In this document: positions 44,593 to 58,683 of the stretch, in pieces
How the letters are laid out: each line of letters starts with the position of its first letter
Position numbering within the stretch: position 1 is the first letter of the stretch
Assembly (NCBI GenBank): GCA_013239625.1
Contig: MU053588.1
Coordinates: 2,490,508 to 2,554,507, forward strand
Length of the DNA: 64,000 nucleotides
Reading direction: 5' to 3'
From: Lama guanicoe
Lineage: Eukaryota
Notes under the pieces: generated by a model
The model's database searches: none
The model's input: the letters and a program-made list of their open reading frames with translations, nothing else
What the model was told of the DNA's origin: nothing
Position numbers and translations under genes: made by a program

Positions 44593-47500
44593 GCCTTTGA
44601 TCCTCGATGAGTCCCTTTACCTTTATTTGATTCCCTTTGGGTCTTGGGTGGAGCAGGGCAGACACTAGGAGTGGAAGGGATGAGCGCCTGCGGGATGCTC
44701 ACTCTGTAATTCTCCAACCCAAAGTCTCCACCCTGCCCGCAGCCCTAATTGCTGCACTTGCCTCCTCCTGGCCTTTTCTTTGTGCCTGCCTCAGCCTGTC
44801 CTGTTTGGCAGTCTTAAATGCACTAGCATTTTCATGTCAGCACCCCTGGTCGACAGGTGCACTCTCCTGAACCCCTGAACCCCATCGTATTTGGCCTGTA
44901 GGTGTGCATTTCAGAATCCCCTGGCCACCTCTGGGCCTGTGACCCCTGAATGCTCTACCCTGTACTTCTGATTCCTAAATGCACTTCTGACTCCTAATAC
45001 AATTCTTGTAACACTCCTGGTGATGCATCCATTAGCCTGGCACTCCTGTGCCCTGTACCTGTGATACCTGAGGACTCACCCCTGAGCCCTTGTCACTTCT
45101 ATGCCCATTGCTCTTGGAACCCTGTATGCTGTACTTGTCTCCCAGATGCTCAACTCAAGTCCCCTAGCCCCCTGGTACCCATCAGACTGGCATTTCCATA
45201 TCTATCCTATGACTCTTGGGTGCCTTCCCACAGTTAGACCCCTTGTATCTCCATACTTATGCCCTGCCCTGAACTCTTGCCATCTCTGTTGCCAATGCTC
45301 TAGCTCCCAGATGCCCCAAATGTCCTCTACCCATGCTGCTACTCCTCCTGGTCTCCATTTCCCCAGGCCCCTCAGTGTTCACCCTGACCTGAGGCCAGGC
45401 CACCATGGCAGACAAACTTGGTACTCATTCCGGCCATCTCTGGGGATGTGGGCTGGAGGGGGCAGATCTAGGCCTGGATGGGCCAGCGGTGGGGGATGTG
45501 GCTGAGTCAATACTTGGAACAGACAGTTCAGGAATGCGGCAGTGCAAAGCCAAGGCCTGGGCTGGTCTCTGGGAAACCCTCAATTTCCCTGTTTTCTCTG
45601 TTCATGTCTCTTCCCATTTGTCTCTCTCTCCGTTTTACTCTCGGTGTTTGCCTCTGTTCCTATTTGTTTTCTCTTTTCAATGTCTGTTTCTCTCTCCCAG
45701 TACCTCTTCCAGTTTGTCTTTACCTTCCTCTCCCTCTGTCTCTGTTGCCGCCTCTCCCTGTCTGTTTGTGTAGCACGTATGCCTGCCTATCAGCCTTCCT
45801 CTGTCCAGGAACCCAATGCCTGGCAGGGGTTGCAGGGCAAGGCGCTGCTCAGAGGCACTGACTCCGCAGACAGCAGGGGTGCAGTGGGGCGCAGCAAGCA
45901 TGCTCTCACGGGCCCCAGCCCTCCCTAGCCCATCCCAGGCTTTCTGATAGATCCTCTTTCTTAGGCTCTCTTCAAGAGCAGGCATTTTGTCTTGCTCACT
46001 TATGCATCCTCAGCACCTAAAATAGTGCTCAGCACATAGCGGGAGCTCAGTAAATGTCTGTGGAATGAATACACGACTTTCTTCTGTCTCTGCTTCTCTC
46101 TGTCTCTAAGTCGGACTCTGTTTTCCTCAGACTCTCTTTCCTGAATCCTTCTGACTGTCTCCCTGCCTGCCTGTCTCTGCTTCATCTCTTGAGGCTTCTG
46201 TCTCTCTAGTTCTCTTTCTTTCCTCTCATCTCTCTGTCTCTCTTCATCTCTGTGCCTCTCTCAATTTCTGTCTTGTCTTTAGCATCTCTTTATCTTCCTT
46301 CTCTTGGGGCATCTCTGTCTCTCCCTTTTTCTCAGTCCCTCTCTTTCTCCTCATCTGTCTCTCTGACTCCCAGTCTTTGGTTTCCGGGACCTCTCTCTAT
46401 GTATCTCTTTGTCTCTTCCTGCCTCTCTCCATCTCTGTCTGTCTCTTTTTCAGTATCTCCATGTGTTTCTCTTTGCCATCTCTCTGTCTTTCTTTCTCAG
46501 GACCTCTGAGTCTCTCCTGTCCTCCCTTCCCCTCTGCATTCCTGCCTGGGCCCTAGGGCAGACTCTGTGCTTCGCCTGTGGTGGGAACAGCGTGGGGATT
46601 AGGGAGCCGTCACCCCATATGGGGACTGCCTATAAGCCTCACTCCAGCTGGCCCCATACTCAGCAGAGAATGTCCCAGCTTCTGGATGAACTTGGGGGGA
46701 CTCCACCCAGGGGAGGGCCTCCTAGGCCACCTCTGCCCAGGGCTAGGGGCCAGCCTCATTCTGTCCGACTCCGACTCAATGAAGCTTAAGATGCCTGCTC
46801 CTAGAGAAAAGCTACTGTCAGCAAGATGTCAGCTTGTCAAATGCAGTCCCAGGCTGCAAGGCCCCATGCCTGGGACTATTATCCCCACCCCAAAGGGAGG
46901 GAATTGCAAGACAAAGGAATAGTCAAATGAGAGCAGTGAGAAATGGGGGAGAGATTCAGTCTCCTGGTGCCTCATTTTCCCATTCATTGCCCTTCCTGTC
47001 TTGTCTTTTTCTGATCATTTTTGTTTCTTTCCTTGTCTTTATCATTTGCTCTGTTTGCCTCCCCAGTTCTCAGTCTTAGTATCTCTCTGCTTTCCTCCGA
47101 GTCTTTGACTCTTGAGATTGACAAGAGCATCGTTGGAAGCAGATGATCTGCGTTCGGAACCCAGCTCTGCCTGTTTCTGGCTATGTGGTCCTGGGCAAGT
47201 CACTTCATCTCTCTGAACCTCAGTTTGTTCATCTGTAAAAATGTATAATCACAGTGCTTTGTCTAGGGAGATTTAAATGAGGCATTCAGAACAGTTCGTG
47301 AATAGGAAGCACTTTGTAAGTGTTAGTAATTGTTATTCCTCAGGCTCTGTGTCTGCTTATTTCTCCGAGGCTCTCACTTTCTCCCTGCTTAACCTTCCAT
47401 CCTTGTACAGGGCCCTGGATCGTATCTTCCGCATCTCTCTAGGCTGCTGTGTTTTTCTCAGCCGTGGCTTCTCTGCCTCTCTGTCTTCATTCAGGCCTCA

Positions 47501-47969
47501 GAGTCTTTACCTTCCAGTCTGTCTCCAGGAAACAATTTCAGCTGCCCTGAGGGTGAGAGTCGAACTCCGCACAGCCAGGTGCCTCCCCTCTCTGTAGCCA
47601 GACCTTCCTTCTCCCCATCCCAGGGGACTGTCTTCCTCCCTTTAATTCAGCCAAGGCAGCTTTGAATCTATTATAAAGATAATTTACTGGGAAATGATAC
47701 AAAAAGCACCCCAAAAGGAGTGCAATATAGAATGAGTTCTGTGGGTAAAACAGGGCATCAGCTTCCTCTTCCCCACGGCTTTCTCTACCTCTAGAGGCGC
47801 AGACCCAGTAAAGACAGGAATGATGGGGGATGGGCATGTGGCATGCGCAACGTGAGGGGAAGCAAGTGTGACGGCGAGAGGATGGGGCACAGTGGAACGA
47901 GAAGACTGAGGGAACAAGCCCTCTGTGTGGGCCTCATTTCTCCCAGGCGAATCTGGAAAGGATGCGGCG

Positions 47970-50900
47970 TCAGCGCGCGCGCAGGCGCAGCTGGAAAGGC
48001 CGCGGCAAATTGCCGAGACCCGAGCTGATCGGGGTCAGGTCGATGTCCTCGGGCGCCCCCAGCGGCTGCAGAGAGAAGTTCTGCAGGATGGCAGTGAAGT
48101 AGAGGAAGAGCTCCATGCGCGCCAGCGACTCACCCAGGCACAGCCGACGTCCTGCAGGGTGAAAGGGTGGGGAGGAGCGAGGAGATAAGATGGGGTGAGG
48201 GGCTCTTCCAACTTTTAGAGGAAAACGTATGAAGCCGACTGTTGGGGACATGACAGACCCACCCATCTAAAGGTCTGGGAAAGACAGTTTAAGTAATTCG
48301 TGGACCTGCTACAAATGCAAATGCATGGGTTTGAATCTCAGTTCTGCCACTACTAGCTTTGCGATCTTGGTCAAGCCACAGTTTCTGGGTAGGTATCTGA
48401 AATGGGAATGATAATAGTGCCTCATTAGGTTGTCGTGAATGGCAAAGGCAGCTGAAGCAGTGAGAATATAATGCTCATGTCAGTTTTAGTAGGTGGTAGC
48501 ACTGCTCTGAGCACCAAACTGCTATTAATTAATCTAATCCTCATAACAACGCCAAGAGATGGGCGCTTTTATGATCTCCAGTTTATAGATGTAAAAATCG
48601 AGGTACACAGAGGTGAAGGAACACAGCCAAGACCACACAGCTAGAAGCTCACAACGCTGGGGTCTGGCTGCAAAGTCTAGCTCTTAGCCATCACTCTGAT
48701 AGTCCTCAGAGGCAGTACCGGACACACAGTAGGCAATACGATAAGTTACCTATTATTACCCACCCCCACCCCCTTTTCTAATACTGAGTTAAGCAGGAAA
48801 GGTTTTTTTTTTTTTTCCAGAAGGGTAAAGACCAAAGCCAAGAAAAACTAGAACCACTTCAACTGCACCACCCAGTGGAGAGACTGACAGTGACCACATC
48901 CAAGTTAAATTATCATCCTGTCTCCCTGCCTCGCTCCTCAAGGATTTCAGTCATTATCCGCCTGTAGGAGCAGAGCTGGGAAGGAGAATGATTGTCTTTG
49001 CACATCCAAACCTGAGGTTGGGGTGGGATGAAGAAGCGAGGTTTGGGGAGTGAGATTAGGACTGGGGAATGTAAGTGGAATACCAGGCCAGAAAGACTGA
49101 TTCTTGTCCCCACTGCTCTCACCTGCTGAGAAGGGCATGAAGGCAGGGCTCTTCTTGAAGGACTGACTGGCATCCAGAAAATGCTCAGGGTTGAATTCCT
49201 GAGGCGTCAGAAATTGGCTGGGGTCGTAGTGGACTGTATTAAGGAGGGTGATGATATCCGTGCCCTATGTAGGTGGGGAGGCAGAATTAGTGGTGTAGAA
49301 GGGCTAGGAGGTTCCCAAACTAGGATTTCCATGCCATAGGGCTGGGAGTCCTGGGGACTTGATAAGGGGTGGTGAAGCATAGGACTCCACCAGGGATCCA
49401 GGAAATGTATGTGGGTGTCTAGGATTCCCAGTGATGGGTACTGGAAGCTGTTTTGTTGGGTCGGAGGCAGGATGCTGGATACCCTCCTTTAGGAACAGAT
49501 TTGGGGGTTCTGGGGAGGGGGTGAGGTCTCTGAGAACAGTGTTCAGGCTCAGAGGATCCCCAGAATGAAGTCTCAGACCCTGAGGATTTGGGAGAGGGGT
49601 CCTAGGATGAGGACCTGTCATAGAGAGGGGGTCTGCTCCAGGTTCAGAACAGGGTCCTGGAAAGGGGCTGAGGTTCTGGATTTAAGGGCTTCATGTCTGT
49701 TGCTAGGGCTTGGGATGCCAGTTGCTAAGGTCCAGGGGGCTGATTGCTAGGCCTGGAATCTTCCTTGCTAGAGCCGCCGATGCCCATTATAAGAGCTTGG
49801 GATGCATCTTCCTAAGGTTCCAGTGTCATTTGCCAGGTGTCCAGCGAACCTTGGGTAGCAAGAAGCCTCGAAAGGCCGTGTCCCGAATCACCCGGTGCGG
49901 CAAGCTCATGGGAATGACATCTGCGAAACGCTGCACCTCATGGATCACCGCATCTGTATAGGGCATGGCCGGTCGGTCCTCCAGCGCTGGCAGCCGCTCG
50001 CGACCCACCACGCGGTCGATCTCCTCCTGGACGCGGGCTGGAAATGGAGAGGGGAGCATTGTTGAGGGTATCAGCAGGCTCGACTGTGTTAAGAAGAGGT
50101 GTGTGCGTGCGTGTGGAAGGAGTCCAGTCGGCACTTTCCAGTGGGGGACCGCTGCAGGGGTGCATGTGAAGGTTAGCCAGAGCTTCGGAGGGAAGGGTTG
50201 GGTTCAGAAATATAGGAGAAGGCGAAAGTTTAGTTTATGCCAGGGATCCTAAGGGCGGGGTTGTGCGGGCGGGGCTTTGGGACTGCCTTGAGTCCAGGTC
50301 CCTGATGAAATTGCAACGAGATTTTTAAGGCCTAGGCCCACAGAAGGATGGATGGAGTGAGTGGGCTGTGCGGGAGAGCTGAGAAATCGGGGGTGGGGCA
50401 GGCAGCAAAGATCCTGTCGGTGTCTATACTGTGTCCTGGAGGCCAGGGTTCCAGGCAGGAATAATGACCCAGAGGCGGGATTTGGGGAGGCGGGGTTGCA
50501 GACAATGCCGTGCCAGAGGGTCAGACTGTGTGGGAGGGGATGGGTTCAGGGGCAGGTCCAGTGGCTGAGGCTCTTGGCGGGATTTCCGAGCTGTGTGGGC
50601 GAAGTCTGGGTCGAGGTAGGCTGTGTGCGGACCTTGGGAACTACGTGGGTGCGGTCGGCCTCCGGTGGGTTTGCAGGTTTGGCTGTGGGATCCAGGCACA
50701 AGCTGGAGGCTTTGATTTAAGGCGTATTGGGCGGGAGCTCATTGTGAGCGGGGCTTAGAGGCAGGCGGGGCGGCTGTGCTCCACCGCGCTGGGTGGGGCG
50801 GGTCTCCCCACCCCGCAGGCTCCCGGCGCTCCCACCTTGCACTTTTGGGTACTTCAAGAGCACAAGGAAGGCGTGGCGCAGCGTGGTGCCCACGGTCTCG

Positions 50901-51600
50901 GTGCCGCCAAAGATCAGATTATGTGTGGTCATCAGTAGTGTGTCCATATGGAAGTGGCTTAGCGGGTCCTGCTTCTCCTGCGGGGGTTAAGGGGTGGGGA
51001 TGTGAGCCAGGGCCGGGATATCCTGTGGGCTGCCGGCCTGTGCGACCCACTCCCCACAGACCTACACAACTGCTACTGGGTGCCAGTTCAGTCCCTCCTG
51101 TTTAACTTCCTTTCCTTGCGGGAGCTGGGGATCGCGCAAGGCACAAGGTAGGGAAAATAGCCTCAGGGCCCGCAAGGACCAGATCCTTAAGGATTTCTTA
51201 ATGAATTGGCGGAGGCCCCAATGGCACCAGGCGCCAGCCTAGCAGAGCCAGGTGTTCCAGCCTCACTTTCCACCTGTGGGGAGATCAGAGCCAAAACCGC
51301 TCGGTTGGGGATCCTTGTTGGTTTGAGGCAGGATAGCAGGTCAGACCAGAGATGGGACGTCCAGGCAGGGCTTACCTGTGCTATCTTGGTAAGGAAGCAA
51401 TCAATGAAGTCCCGGGGAGATTCTGGGTCGAGGGTGGCCTGATGGTCACGGACGCTGCGGGCAATGAGGTCCTTCATGCGCCCGAAGTTCTGGAAAAGGC
51501 ATCGGTGCGGCCCGGGAAGCCAGTCCAGGAGGCTCGGAAAGATATTGTACAACTGGGGATGGAGCAGAGTCGGAGGGATTTGGAGGAGTAGGGAGGCAGG

Positions 51601-51641
<41 letters not shown>

Positions 51642-54600
51642 TGTGCCCGCGCCCCAGCGAGGTCAGACGGGCAGGGCGGGGTCTTGAGGGGCATCTAGGT
51701 TCTGGAGAGGCGGAGCATGGGGCGGGGGAAGGCTACGTGCTGGTAGAGCCTCCGCGGAGTGGGCGGGGTCGTCTACCTCGGGGGCGGGATCAGACTGAAG
51801 TGGGGCGGGGCCAGGCAGGGCCAATCACAATTCCTTTCCTGCCCACTGTTTCCCCTATGTCCCTGGACTGTCTGGACTCCCAACGCTATCCCCCGTGTAA
51901 CTAGGCCTCCTGACCTCTCCCCAGGGGCTGCTCATGATTTGGAAGTTCTCATTGATGAGGTGGATAATGTTGAGCAGACGCTCGTCCTCGTAGTCGAAGC
52001 GGCTGCCGAAGATCACAGAGCAGATAATGTTGGACACGGAGCGGCTCAGCACAAACGTGGGGTCGAAGGGCTCACCTGAGGGTGAGGGTGGGAATGGGTC
52101 GGGGGACGCGGCTAGGGAGACACAGTGTGTAACACACCAGACCCCATGCAGCGACAGCACTAGAGTTCACGACATCCAACCCAACCGTGACAACGTGACT
52201 TGCAGCACAGAACGGACGCTCCTCGCCACCTAACATGAAACATAACAACACCGCAAAAGTATCTGGCAACGCAACAGACAGCACAGAACCCACACCACCC
52301 TACAGCACATGGACAACAATGCCAAACAGTAGGACGGCTATTCCTGGCGACACAACCCACAACATACACAATACAATACCACCTATGCACAACATACAAC
52401 ACATTAGACGCAGTGCCTGATGATGCTACATCCTCACCCAGCAATGACACACAGCAAAATACCTAACACCCAATGATCTGATAACCGAACAGATTACAGA
52501 AAATAATACAAAAACAACACATTCCGACAAGAATAGCACCGCCCAGAAAACTGGGTCTGGAGTTTGGTAGACATAGTTTGGATCATGGCTTGGTCTCTTA
52601 GTCTAGGTGTGACATGAGTGGACTGATTTCCCTTCTCTGAGCCTCAGTTTTATCATCTGTAAAATGGGCTTGAGGATAGTCTTCTCTTCATGGGACTGTT
52701 ATAAGGAGTCAGCGAGTGGGTGGCTGGGAAGTGATTAGCTAAGGGCTTTACCTATCATGAACTTGTTACAAACCAAGGTGGTGTGGTAGGCTGAATAATG
52801 CCCCCCGACAAAGATGTCCATGTCCAATTTCCAAGCACCTGTGCATATGTGATTAAAGCTCCTGAGATGGAAAGATTATTCTGGATTATCTGAGTGGGCC
52901 CAATGTAATCACAAGGGCCCTTGTAAAGAAGAGTCTGAGTAAGAAAAGCTGATGATGGGAGGCAACGTTGGGGAAGGGACTGGAGGAAGCTGTGTTGCTG
53001 GCTTTGAAGATGAAGGAAGGGGCCATGAACTGAGGAACGTAGGTAGCCTCTAGAGGCTAGAAAAGGCAAGGGATCCGATTCTCCCCTAGAGCCTCCAGAA
53101 AGCCTACCAGTCCCACTGACCCAGTTTAGATTTTGCATCTCCAGAACTATAGGAGAGTAAATTTGTCTTAAGTCACTAAATTTGTGGCAATTTGCTGCAG
53201 CAGCAACAGGAAGTATACAGGCAGTTATTAACCTTTGGCTTAACATCACATCATGTAATCCCTGCAGCATCACCTGCCACTCCTCCTGCACCCCTGCCCC
53301 CAAAGCCAGCAAGATTTGGAGATCAGGATAGAGGGCTGTTTATCTATCTCTGCCTCAATTTATTCTCCTGTAAATTATGGCTTATAATAGTACCTACTTC
53401 TTAGGTTTGGGTGATATCTCAAGGAGGTAATATACACGAAGTTCTTGGAACAATGCTGGCATATGGTAAGCACCATCTAACTGCTGGTTATTTTATTAAC
53501 TTTTTTTTTCATGATTGACAGTTTGACTGGGTTTATATCCCAGCTCTGCCACTTCCTGGCCACATGACAACCTTTCTGGGCCTCAGCTTCATCAACTGTA
53601 ATAACTTCTAGGCTTGCTGGGAGGGTGCAACTTGTTAACACATGCAAAGAGCTCAGCCTAGTGCCTGGTATCCAATAAGCACTTGGTAAATGGACATTCA
53701 TACATTGAGTATGGACTTGGGTGTTAGTGAAACAAGGGTTTAAATCTTGGCTCCTCTACTTACTAGCTTTGTTACTTCAAGCTAGTTACTTAACCACACT
53801 GTGCCCTGATTTTCTCATCTGCAAAATGGATTGTTCTGAGGCTTAAGGGCTTATGCATGAAAACGTGCTTAGCACAGGCCCCCCACCATGTGGTGAGTTC
53901 TCAAGAGCAGCATCATCATGTCATCCACCACATTTACACGAGCAGCATTCAGAATACCACCCAGACACAGCCCATCCAAGCAACCATAACATTCTGCCGT
54001 CCTTCAAGGAAACACAGCACCACATCTGAGTTTCCTTGGGGCGCCTCCAGGGGGCTCCTCTATTATCGTGGACTAAGTGAGAAGCCACCAGTTTTGAGTT
54101 CATACCCACGCTGTGGGATCTGACAGTCCTGACCACTAAGTAGGAAAGATGTGAATGAGGGATATGGCTGCATCCCGAGACTCCAACCTTCAGTTTTCCG
54201 AAGCTCTGCCAGCAGGAAGTTGCTTTCCTCCAGAATCCGCTCCTCAATGCTCCTCTTCCCCATCCCGAAGTTGCGCAGAATTTGAACAGAGAATCTCCTC
54301 AGGACCTTCCATCGGTCCCCATTGGAGAAGGCAATGCCTGGGGAGAAGAGGAGGGGCCAGATCAACCGATGACTTGTCCCCAAGACCATCGCTGTCTTGA
54401 GTCCCCTTCCCTGATGTTTGATAAGAGACAGACTGCAAGTTTGGAATCTTCCCCAAGCCCTTCCAAGAAGGTAAGCCCTTCTCGACCCTCCAGGCTGGAT
54501 CAGGTGCCTCCTTTGTGCTTTTCTAGGGGCCTGGGCTTCCCTCACCACAGTCCTGATCACTCTGCTCCTGTTTCCGCCATCACAGACCTGACCACTCTGG

Positions 54601-57420
54601 CAATGGGCTATCTCCTTCACTAAACAGTGAAGGCAGGGTAGGGGATCTGTCTTGGTCACCACTGTGTCCTGAGCATCATCCAGTGCAGGGCTTATCACAC
54701 AGGAGGTGCTGGTGGTTGCTTATTGATTTGTGAGTGCACAAATGCGGGAGAGAGGCAAGAAAAATGAGCACTGAGACTCTGGCAACTCATCCAGGAGCGA
54801 GACAGACCTGGTTCTGGTGTGTGTGCAGTCGAACTGTAATCATTCTACATAATAAAACTGAAAAAGGAGGGAGAAAAAGACAGACCTGGTCTCTTCTCTC
54901 CCTGGACTCACAGAGTCTTAGCACAGGCTGGTCCTTCTTCCAGAACACTCTTCCCCCCAAGTGCTCCTGACCGGTCACGTTCATCTTTTAGGTGTCAGCT
55001 TAGAGGTCCCTCCTCCCTCCAGAAAGCGTTTGCTGGTCCTTCCTCCCTGGCCGGCTCAGGTGTTTCCTCTGGGCTCCTATGGCTCCCCCGACTTTCCCCA
55101 TCCTGACCACGCTGTGGTCACAGTCTGGTGAGTAAGTTGTGTCTCCCACTGCCCTGGGAGCTACAATAGGATATTGTTACAGATGTGTTCATCTCTGATT
55201 CCTCTGGAACTAGCAGAGAACTGGATGTAAGGAGGAAAAAGGCATAGTATGTTGCCCTTACAATGTATGCATTATCTCATCCACCTCTGGTCAAAACTTT
55301 CTCTGATGGTAGACTGAAGGTCAGAGAGGGGAGATCACTCACCCAAAGGTACCTGCTGTTAAGTGGCAGAACCCTGCTGTTACCCTCTGTGCTGCGTACT
55401 GAGTAATTAGATGGTAGCTATTTTTTAGTAACAGATGATGTATATATCCTGATGTTTTCTGTGTAAAAGTAGCAAGGTGAGTTTCTCAGCTGCCCTGTCT
55501 CCACCTCCTTGAATCCGATGTACCTGGACAGGTGAGGTCATAAGATTAAGCCCAGGGGACATGAAGGCAGAAAGTGTATTGAATACACCTAGGTGCTCTT
55601 TTTCACTTATTTTTAAATTAAAAAATATTTATTTATTATTATTTTTAAAATTATTATTATTTTTTAATGAAGGTAATGGGGATTGAACCCAGGATCTCGT
55701 GCATGTCTACCACTGAGCTATACCCATACCCCTCATTTTTTTTTTAACCAGAATGCTCTGACTCCAAATCATGGGCAGCTGGGACCCATCTAGTGAAGGG
55801 CAAGAGGGAACCCTAGAGATTCTTTAGGGGGAGAGGAATTGTCCAGGATGCGGTCTCCAGGACCCCCTTTTTAATCAAAACATCTCCCCCCTCTTCCTTC
55901 CTTCCTTCCTTCTTTCCTTCCTTCCATCCTTCCTTCCTTCCTTCATTCATTCCTTCCTTCCTCTCTCTCCCTTTCTCTCTCCCCTTTCTCTCTCTCTCTT
56001 TCTCTCTCTTTCTTTCTTTCTTTCTTTGGCCTTGCCATATGACTTCCTCTGAATAAGAGATTTGTGTTAAAAAAAAAAAACTCCTACAAGACTAGGTGAT
56101 TTCCAAGCATAAGGAGGACAGGGTCTCAAGATAGGAGAGGTTTGGAGTTGGTGATGTGAATTGCTGGATGGATGGGGATGAAGTTGGATGTGAAATGGGA
56201 TGAAAATAGAAATGGGGCATGAGGGGAGATTATGGGATTGATGATAAATTGGGTTTGAGGTTGGTGATAGGGATGGAGTTAGGTAGAATAAGAAGGATTG
56301 GTAGATTGGGGTTGAGATGGAGCTTGGGGTTTGGTAGATGTGTGGTGGGATTGGTTTTGGTGGTGGGAGTGAAGTTAAGGTTGACAATGGGAACTGGGGA
56401 CCGACAACCTCAGTAGGTGATTGGGGGTAGAAGATGGGGCTGGGGCTGGGGAGAAAAATGATGGTGGAGTTCAGTTTGACTAAAGGACTAGGATGGGCTT
56501 GATCATAGATTTTTAACATGGGGATTGGGAGAGGGTTAATGATGGGAATGAAGGTTGGAATGAGATGTAGTCAGTGTTGCAGATAGAGATGGAGTTGAGG
56601 TTGAAATGGGGAATGTGGAGGTATGCTTGCTGGGGATTGGGTAGAAGTGGACAGTGTGAGCTGGGGCCAAATAATTTAGCCACTTAACTGAGACAGAAAT
56701 TTGATGACGTGGTTAGGATGGAGATAGGGGTTGGGATGAGAGTGGGGCTGGAGTTAGATAGAGATGAAAATTGCATGGAAGTGTAATTCAAGATGGCGGT
56801 GGGATTTGGGGGTGGCAAAGGTGGGACAGACTTGACCTTAGACGAGTACTGCCTGGCTGCATCCCATCTGATGTCGTTGGTGAGATCAGAGGCCCTGAGT
56901 GTCACCAAAATTGGGAGGACAGTCTCCTACCCTTATCCTCTCCCTTACTGTGGAATGGGTTGGGGGTGGAGGAGATGAAGAGCAGGCTTACCATTGCCCT
57001 TAGTGAAGTTGAGAAAGACAGGGTAGTCGCCACGGCCACTAAACTCCTCCCCTTGGTCCACAAGGGCCTCCTTCACGGCTTGGTACCCACTGAGGACCAC
57101 CACCCGTCTGGGCCCCAGGTACACTGTATACACTGAGCCGTACTTCTTGCTCAGCTGAGGATAGGAAGACAGAGGTCACAGGGTCGGGGTGGGGCCTTGG
57201 GATCCCTCTCCCTTGTCCCTCCCCTTCACCCAGGCTTAGGCCTTTGCACCTTGGTGAGGGAGGTCAGCATGTCTTGGGAGCGAAGCTGCAGCAGGTTTCC
57301 CAGGAATGGGAGAGGTCTGGGGCCTGGAGGCAGCTGGCCTTTGCCCTTTGAGATGATGGTCAGGAACAGATAGATGAGAGCCAGGAGCAGGAGCAAGATG
57401 GCTGTGCTCATACTGTCCAT
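47970..57420 (-). CDS. CYP2F1: Cytochrome P450 2F (CYP2F1/2F3 orthologue), 491 aa. Exons 57250-57420, 56992-57154, 54188-54337, 51915-52075, 51376-51552, 50836-50977, 49850-50037, 49123-49264, 47970-48151
   Basis: Exon sizes 171/163/150/161/177/142/188/142/182 total 1476 nt, all [28 protein letters not shown] (I-helix), EVQR (ExxR) and [10 protein letters not shown] (heme Cys). Confidence 0.95.
51602..51640. repeat. (TG)n microsatellite
   Basis: Read directly. Confidence 0.95.
52782..53219 (+). mobile_element. MaLR MLT1-type solo LTR in a CYP2F intron
   Basis: Begins tgtggtaggctgaataatgcccc; contains gattattctggattatc...gggcccaatgtaatcacaaggg and gattctcccctagagcctccaga; ends aatttgtggcaatttgctgcagcagcaacaggaagtataca. 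Confidence 0.82.
55608..55732 (-). mobile_element. tRNA-derived SINE with an internal deletion
   Basis: T-rich tail, then ggggattgaacccaggatctcgtgcatgtctaccactgagctatacc. Confidence 0.75.
55890..56027. repeat. (CTTC)n/(CT)n/(CTTT)n pyrimidine repeat
   Basis: Read directly. Confidence 0.85.
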
Positions 57421-57847
57421 GGTGAAGGCAGCTGCAGGTGTTGGAAGTGGGCAAAAAGGGAGAAGGCAGGGCTGGGGAGAGTGGAATCCCTTCACTCCTC
57501 ATCTCCTTCTGGAACTTGCCTTTCCCAGGAAATGGGGGCCGATGTAGAGAAGAAAGGAAGCAGAGAGAGGCAGAGATATGGAGAGGCCAGGGGATGCGGA
57601 GAAAGAGGAGGGGGGTGGGGAGGAGGGGAGAGAGAAAGGGCATGGAGACAGTCAGAAAACAGGCAGAGGTAGCCAGAATACAGAGAGACAGACAGAGATA
57701 GGGACAGAGACAGATGGAGAAGGGCAGAAGGGAGATAAAGACAGAGACAGAGACTAACAGAGACAGAGAATTGCACATGGAGATAATGAGGACACAGAAA
57801 AGCAAAGTGAGACATCTAAATATCTATAAATACCTGCCTGTCACCTG

Positions 57848-57930
57848 TCTATCCATCTATCTATCCGTCCACCCATCCATCCAACCATCCATCCATCCAT
57901 CCATCCATCCATCCATCCATCTATCTACCA
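57848..57930. repeat. (ATCC)n tetranucleotide repeat
   Basis: Read directly. Confidence 0.9.
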
Positions 57931-58683
57931 TCTTTCATGAGACTGACTCTCACACAGATACAGTGATAAAGAGAGATGGAGACACACAGGGACAGAGACA
58001 GACAAATCAGGATGCAGATAGAGAGCCAGACAGAGAATAATCACAGAAAGAGAGGCTGACAGAGACTAGAGAAAGGAGACAAAACTAGAGAGACCCAGAG
58101 CTAGAGGAAGAGAGGAGAGAGAGTTGGCGAGATCGAGATAGATACTCACTGAGAGACACAGAGATGGACACTGAAAGAGTGATAAAGTGTGTGGGGAGGG
58201 ACAGACAGAGAGAGGAAGAGGCGAAGCCAGACACAGGGGTTGCGGGCGAAGACAGTGACAGAGATAGAAAAGAGAGCTACACAGAAAGGAGAGACATGGA
58301 GGAAGAGAGAGTCAGGGAGACAGACAGACAGGGAACGTTAGACAGAGCCAGGCAGAGACAAAGACCAAGAAGGACTGAGACGTAGGGAGGGCAGAAGCAG
58401 AAACAGACAGAAAAGTGTTCTGAACCCAGGGGTCACATTCCAGAGAGAAACGCCACCTGCTGGGTAAAGCGCCAGTACACGGTGCCCAGGAGCTCTGAAA
58501 CACCTTGACAAGTGAAAGAACAGAGTCCCAGAGGGAACCCCAGAGAGACAGACCCAGAGACCCTGAGAACCTGCAGAGGAGATAACAAGAAAGGCCCCAA
58601 CCCATCTCAGAGACAGGAGGTGGAGCCAGCGATCCCCTCTCTTGAAAGCCACCTCCTCCCTGTGACCAGCACCCTGCCTTTAC

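Noticed and set aside
50978..50995. CCTTAAC just upstream of the CYP2F exon 6 acceptor, resembling a U12 branch site
   Set aside because: The matching donor is GTAAGC (U2-type), so this is an ordinary intron with a good branch point.
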